In this document: positions 6,967-10,450 of the stretch, piece after piece
How the letters are laid out: each line of letters starts with the position of its first letter
How positions within the stretch are numbered: the first letter of the stretch is position 1
DNA from: Promethearchaeota archaeon
Lineage (GTDB): Archaea > Asgardarchaeota > Lokiarchaeia > Sigyniarchaeales > SOKP01
DNA: 10,450 nt
Direction of reading: 5' to 3'
Assembly: GCA_016839765.1 (NCBI GenBank)
Contig: JAEOTP010000059.1
Coordinates: 1-10,450 of the forward strand
Made by a program: the position numbers and the translations under genes
The notes under the pieces: model-generated
What the model was told of the DNA's origin: nothing
Database searches by the model: none
Seen by the model: only the letters and a program-made list of their open reading frames with translations

Positions 6967-8157
6967 TTAATCTATAAGATTTTTCCTTTTTTTATATGCC
7001 TTCCTATAAAATAAAATTTCGAAAAAAACCATGATGTTTAAGATAGCATCAAAAAAAATATAAAAAATTAATTTAAAATAAAAAATAGGTCGGATCTTTA
7101 TTGTATTGATTGTATTTGTAGATTGAAAAAGTATAATTTTCCTAATTTTTTTTAAATAAATCGAGAGATATATCAAAATTCCAATATAAAATAAGTATAA
7201 ATTAAAAAAATATAAAATTGGAATAGTTAAAATATAAAATGATAATATAGCTAAGAGGAAAAATCTTAAAACTTTCATTTTATTATTTTTAAAAGCACTA
7301 AATAATGCATTTTCAATCCATCTTGAATTCTGATTAAAGTAAGTTTTTAGATTATCAGGATAATAAGTCTCAACTTTTAAATCATTAAAAAAAAAAATTT
7401 TAAATCCTTTTGCAGTAATATCATTGCCCATAGATAATCCATCATCTGATAATCTCTTCTCAGAAAATCTATTTACAGATTTCATTACATTAAATTTCAT
7501 TAAAGTATTTGCACTTATCCAATTTACATGTTTAGGAAAGATATCTTTATGAACATTTAAACGATTTAATAAGATGTATTTCACAATATCTTTACTTTCT
7601 AAATTTTTATATGGTCTATATTTGGAGACCACTACATTTTCATTTTTTTCCAGTAATACGTTCACCATTTTATCAATAATATCATCTGTTAGAATGATAT
7701 CTGCATCAATTATATATATTAATCCTTTAGAAATTTGATTTAAGCAATTATTTATAACTTTCACTTTTCCTTCACCTGCTTTTTGAGACAATATAATAAA
7801 TCTAGTGTCATCTTTAAATGATTGAGCAATATTTATTGTTTCCTCACTGCCACCTGCGTTTACAATAACTTTAATATTTGGATATGACAAACTTGATAAT
7901 GATTCTAAACATTTTTTAAAATTATTACCCTCTTTCCAAGCAGGCACAACGATATTTATCAATGGAAATTCTCTTAATTCCTCCATAGAAACTGATTTAT
8001 TTTCTTCAAGTTGTCTAAATAGCTTAATATATTTTCTGTCTCTAAAAATATGTATAAGTACATGAAAAATCATAATAAAAAACACTAGAAAGACGATCAT
8101 ATTGATATTTAAAATATAATCAAATAAATTTTGAAAGAATGTTCCTAAATCCATCAT
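6967..8157 (-). CDS. Membrane-bound glycosyltransferase family 2 with QxxRW motif
   Basis: N-terminal TM (MIVFLVFFIMIFHVLIHIF), IVVPAWKEG, GEGKVKVIN, DxD (IIDADII), SDD, QNSRW (7318-7332), followed by 2-3 hydrophobic helices. Confidence 0.88.
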   Translation of the reverse strand: MMDLGTFFQNLFDYILNINMIVFLVFFIMIFHVLIHIFRDRKYIKLFRQLEENKSVSMEELREFPLINIVVPAWKEGNNFKKCLESLSSLSYPNIKVIVNAGGSEETINIAQSFKDDTRFIILSQKAGEGKVKVINNCLNQISKGLIYIIDADIILTDDIIDKMVNVLLEKNENVVVSKYRPYKNLESKDIVKYILLNRLNVHKDIFPKHVNWISANTLMKFNVMKSVNRFSEKRLSDDGLSMGNDITAKGFKIFFFNDLKVETYYPDNLKTYFNQNSRWIENALFSAFKNNKMKVLRFFLLAILSFYILTIPILYFFNLYLFYIGILIYLSIYLKKIRKIILFQSTNTINTIKIRPIFYFKLIFYIFFDAILNIMVFFEILFYRKAYKKRKNLID

Positions 8158-8261
8158 AAACTATAATTTTTTTTTATATAAAACTCTTATTTTTGAGCCT
8201 TCTTTATAGAAAAATTCTCTATTTTTATTTATTTATTTAAAAATAATATTAAAGAAATACT

Positions 8262-9374
8262 TCAAAATTTGTTTAATGCTTTTTTCCTAGTCTTAGATTT
8301 TATATTCTTAATTATCCTTATTAAATATATATAAATATTCTTCGGATTTCGAATGAAACTATTACAGATTAAGCTTAGATAAACTTTTTTTCCAATATTA
8401 TATTTTTTATAAAGGTAAAATTCTCTTAAATTTATTCCCTTTTCTAATATATCTAAAAGATATTTCACTCTTTGTTTGGAAGTATGATATTCTAATAAAT
8501 GTTCATAACCTCTTTCTGCTATTTCCAGACATTTTTTTTTATTCTTTAAGTAATATCTTAATTTTTCTTCAAATTCTTCTATAGTTGAATACTCAACATA
8601 ACTATATCCATCTATAAAGGTATTTGGAAAAAGAATGTTATATTTTTGAGAAAAACAACAACTTTTATTTGCAATAATCTCCCAAAATCTAGCATTACAA
8701 TCTCCACCACCCCACGCATCAATAGAAATGTAGGATGATGAGATCAATTTCTTATACTGTTTATAGGGTATACTACTTTTAATGATTATATTATATCCCT
8801 CTAGCTTCAGTTTTCGACACACTTCTTCGACATTTTTTCTTAAACCCGTATTTTTTTGTCCAAATGAACAAAAAACATCAAACTTTTTCTTCAAATTATA
8901 GTTTCCAAAATATCTATCCTCAGCAACAAATAACAAAGGAATTATCCCTAATTTAGAATCCTCGGGATAGCATTCTCTTTTAAAATACCATCTGCAATAG
9001 TTTAACATTTTTTCATTTATCCACTTTTTCCCTCTCCTTCTCTTTGGATTTTTTAAACTTTCCTTTACCTGATTTTTTTCTGGATACCCTGAAAAGGTCC
9101 ATTCATTACCATCAATAAAAGCAGTTACTTCAGGTCTGTTTATTTTATCTAATAGAAAAATTTTTGGAAGGGGATTTACAATTATTTTTCCATTGAATAC
9201 AAGTATGTAATCAGCATCTTTAGAGTGTCTTATAATTTCTTCATTAGAGTAAGCTCTTTTAACATTATTTCCTTTTTCAGAGGCAATAACCTCTACATTG
9301 TTTTTGTATAATCCTTCAATAATTGATGAAACTAAATAATCAAATGATGTTGGGATTATAGCAATTACTTTCAT
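8262..9374 (-). CDS. CgeB-like glycosyltransferase (Glyco_trans_1_2 / PF13524 C-terminal domain)
   Basis: KKKFDVFCSFG...R, ISIDAWGGGDCNARFWEII, YVEYSTIEEFEEKLRYYLKN...EIAERGYEHLLEYHTSKQRVKYLL. Confidence 0.8.
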   Translation of the reverse strand: MKVIAIIPTSFDYLVSSIIEGLYKNNVEVIASEKGNNVKRAYSNEEIIRHSKDADYILVFNGKIIVNPLPKIFLLDKINRPEVTAFIDGNEWTFSGYPEKNQVKESLKNPKRRRGKKWINEKMLNYCRWYFKRECYPEDSKLGIIPLLFVAEDRYFGNYNLKKKFDVFCSFGQKNTGLRKNVEEVCRKLKLEGYNIIIKSSIPYKQYKKLISSSYISIDAWGGGDCNARFWEIIANKSCCFSQKYNILFPNTFIDGYSYVEYSTIEEFEEKLRYYLKNKKKCLEIAERGYEHLLEYHTSKQRVKYLLDILEKGINLREFYLYKKYNIGKKVYLSLICNSFIRNPKNIYIYLIRIIKNIKSKTRKKALNKF

Positions 9375-9634
9375 ATCATAAGATACGATTTCATATATTA
9401 TTTAGATTAAGAAATATAAAAATTATTTTCTATATAATTTTATTATATCAGAAGATAATACATATTAAAAATCATAAGAATCAATAAGTTATAACAAATT
9501 ATTTATTTTAAATGTTAGAATCTTAAATTCCAGAAATTTTAATTTTAAGAAGAGAATTTTATGCAAAATTATAATAAAGATCAATCAATATTCATTAGAA
9601 ATTCTTATAGAAACTAATTTTAGGTCAAAGGATA

Positions 9635-10450
9635 ATGAAAATTATTTTTAACCATAATATAAATAATTGGTATTGGCAGATTTATGATGAGTGGAGTAGA
9701 AATCATGAAGTTATTCTACCTGAATATTATAAAGATAATAATACCCGAGATTATATTACAGATTTTAATGTACTTGAGAAACTTATAAAAGAAAATCCTG
9801 ATATTGATTTTATTTTTGATTTTAAACTTTATATTCCAGATCTTATAAGATGGAAGAGAAAAGGAATAACTGTTCCAATTATCATTTTTATACCAAACGT
9901 CTTGTATCGACCCTATTATGCCAAATTATCAATTTATGCCAATGTATGGTACGTAAATGAAAATGCTACTCAATTTATAGAAAGATACAATGTAAATAAT
10001 TTATTATATGATGGTATGGCTGCAAATCCTTACGTTTTTTATCCAATAGAAATGAAAAAGAAATATGATATCTCATTTTTTGGACGATTTTATGGTGATA
10101 GAAGTTTTTATCTTAGAGAAATTAATAGATTTTGTTCACAGAATAATATAAAAAATTATTTTCCATTAGGTCATGGAGAGGATTTACCTTGGAGTTTTGA
10201 TGATATAAATAGATTATACAACAAAACTAAAATAAATCTCTCCTTTGCACAAAGAGACTATATTGGAAAAAAAGTTACAAGGAGGGTTAATTTACGTACA
10301 TTTGAAATATGTATGTCTGGTAATTTTCAGTTGCTCCAATATACTCCATGTGTTGAAGAATATTTTGAAGTTGACGAAGAGATTGTTTGTTGGAGAAATA
10401 GAAAAGATTTGTTTAGCAAGATTTTATATTATTTAGAAAATGAAGATGAA
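9635..10450 (+). CDS. CgeB-like glycosyltransferase (Glyco_trans_1_2), 3'-truncated by window edge; absent from the supplied ORF track
   Basis: Manual translation from ATG 9635 is open for 272 codons to the window end: MKIIFNHNINNWYWQIYDEWSRNHEVILP...GMAANPYVFYPIEMKKKYDISFFGRFYGDR...INRLYNKTKINLSF...VNLRTFEICMSGNFQL...VEEYFEVDEEIVCWRNRKDLFSKILYYLENEDE. An AAGGA lies just upstream (9628-9632). Confidence 0.9.
   Translation, partial: MKIIFNHNINNWYWQIYDEWSRNHEVILPEYYKDNNTRDYITDFNVLEKLIKENPDIDFIFDFKLYIPDLIRWKRKGITVPIIIFIPNVLYRPYYAKLSIYANVWYVNENATQFIERYNVNNLLYDGMAANPYVFYPIEMKKKYDISFFGRFYGDRSFYLREINRFCSQNNIKNYFPLGHGEDLPWSFDDINRLYNKTKINLSFAQRDYIGKKVTRRVNLRTFEICMSGNFQLLQYTPCVEEYFEVDEEIVCWRNRKDLFSKILYYLENEDE

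Noticed and set aside
8224-8239. (TTTA)4 microsatellite
   Set aside because: Short, intergenic and expected at this AT content.
8229-8264. TGA stop of the CgeB-like gene as selenocysteine/readthrough
   Set aside because: An in-frame TAA follows about 10 codons later, the domain is already complete, and no SECIS-like hairpin was seen.
9561-9617. 18-aa ORF MQNYNKDQSIFIRNSYRN upstream of the last GT
   Set aside because: Too short, with no recognisable features; likely chance in promoter DNA.
10245-10436. 63-aa plus-strand ORF from the track
   Set aside because: Out-of-frame overlap inside the real CDS 9635->10450.
1-10450. CRISPR array, tRNA/rRNA, IS element, defence or antibiotic biosynthesis system
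   Set aside because: No spaced repeats, GC-rich structured RNA, transposase/integrase or defence domains were seen. The CmcI name alone does not imply cephamycin synthesis.

Overview
Very AT-rich prokaryotic window with two parts. Left (1-3146, all + strand): the 3' portion of an archaeal/eukaryal-type phenylalanyl-tRNA synthetase beta subunit (pheT), a fused chorismate mutase-prephenate dehydratase (pheA) and a bacterial-type RNase PH (rph). Right (3191-10450): the start of a glycan biosynthesis/modification cluster with alternating gene orientation. It holds a Thr-nucleophile sulfatase-like enzyme, a GT4, a CmcI-family methyltransferase, a membrane GT2 with a QxxRW motif, and two divergent CgeB-like (Glyco_trans_1_2) glycosyltransferases. 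The second of these (9635->10450) is missing from the ORF track. The host is probably an archaeon (my impression is Asgard/Lokiarchaeia-like, which is inference only), but a low-GC bacterium with an archaeal-type PheRS cannot be excluded. I see no rRNA, tRNA, CRISPR array or mobile element, and no unambiguous new system. The best leads are the bacterial RNase PH in an archaeal-type locus, a possible glycan sulfation/methylation module, and an A13 tract behind two out-of-frame start codons in the GT4 gene.
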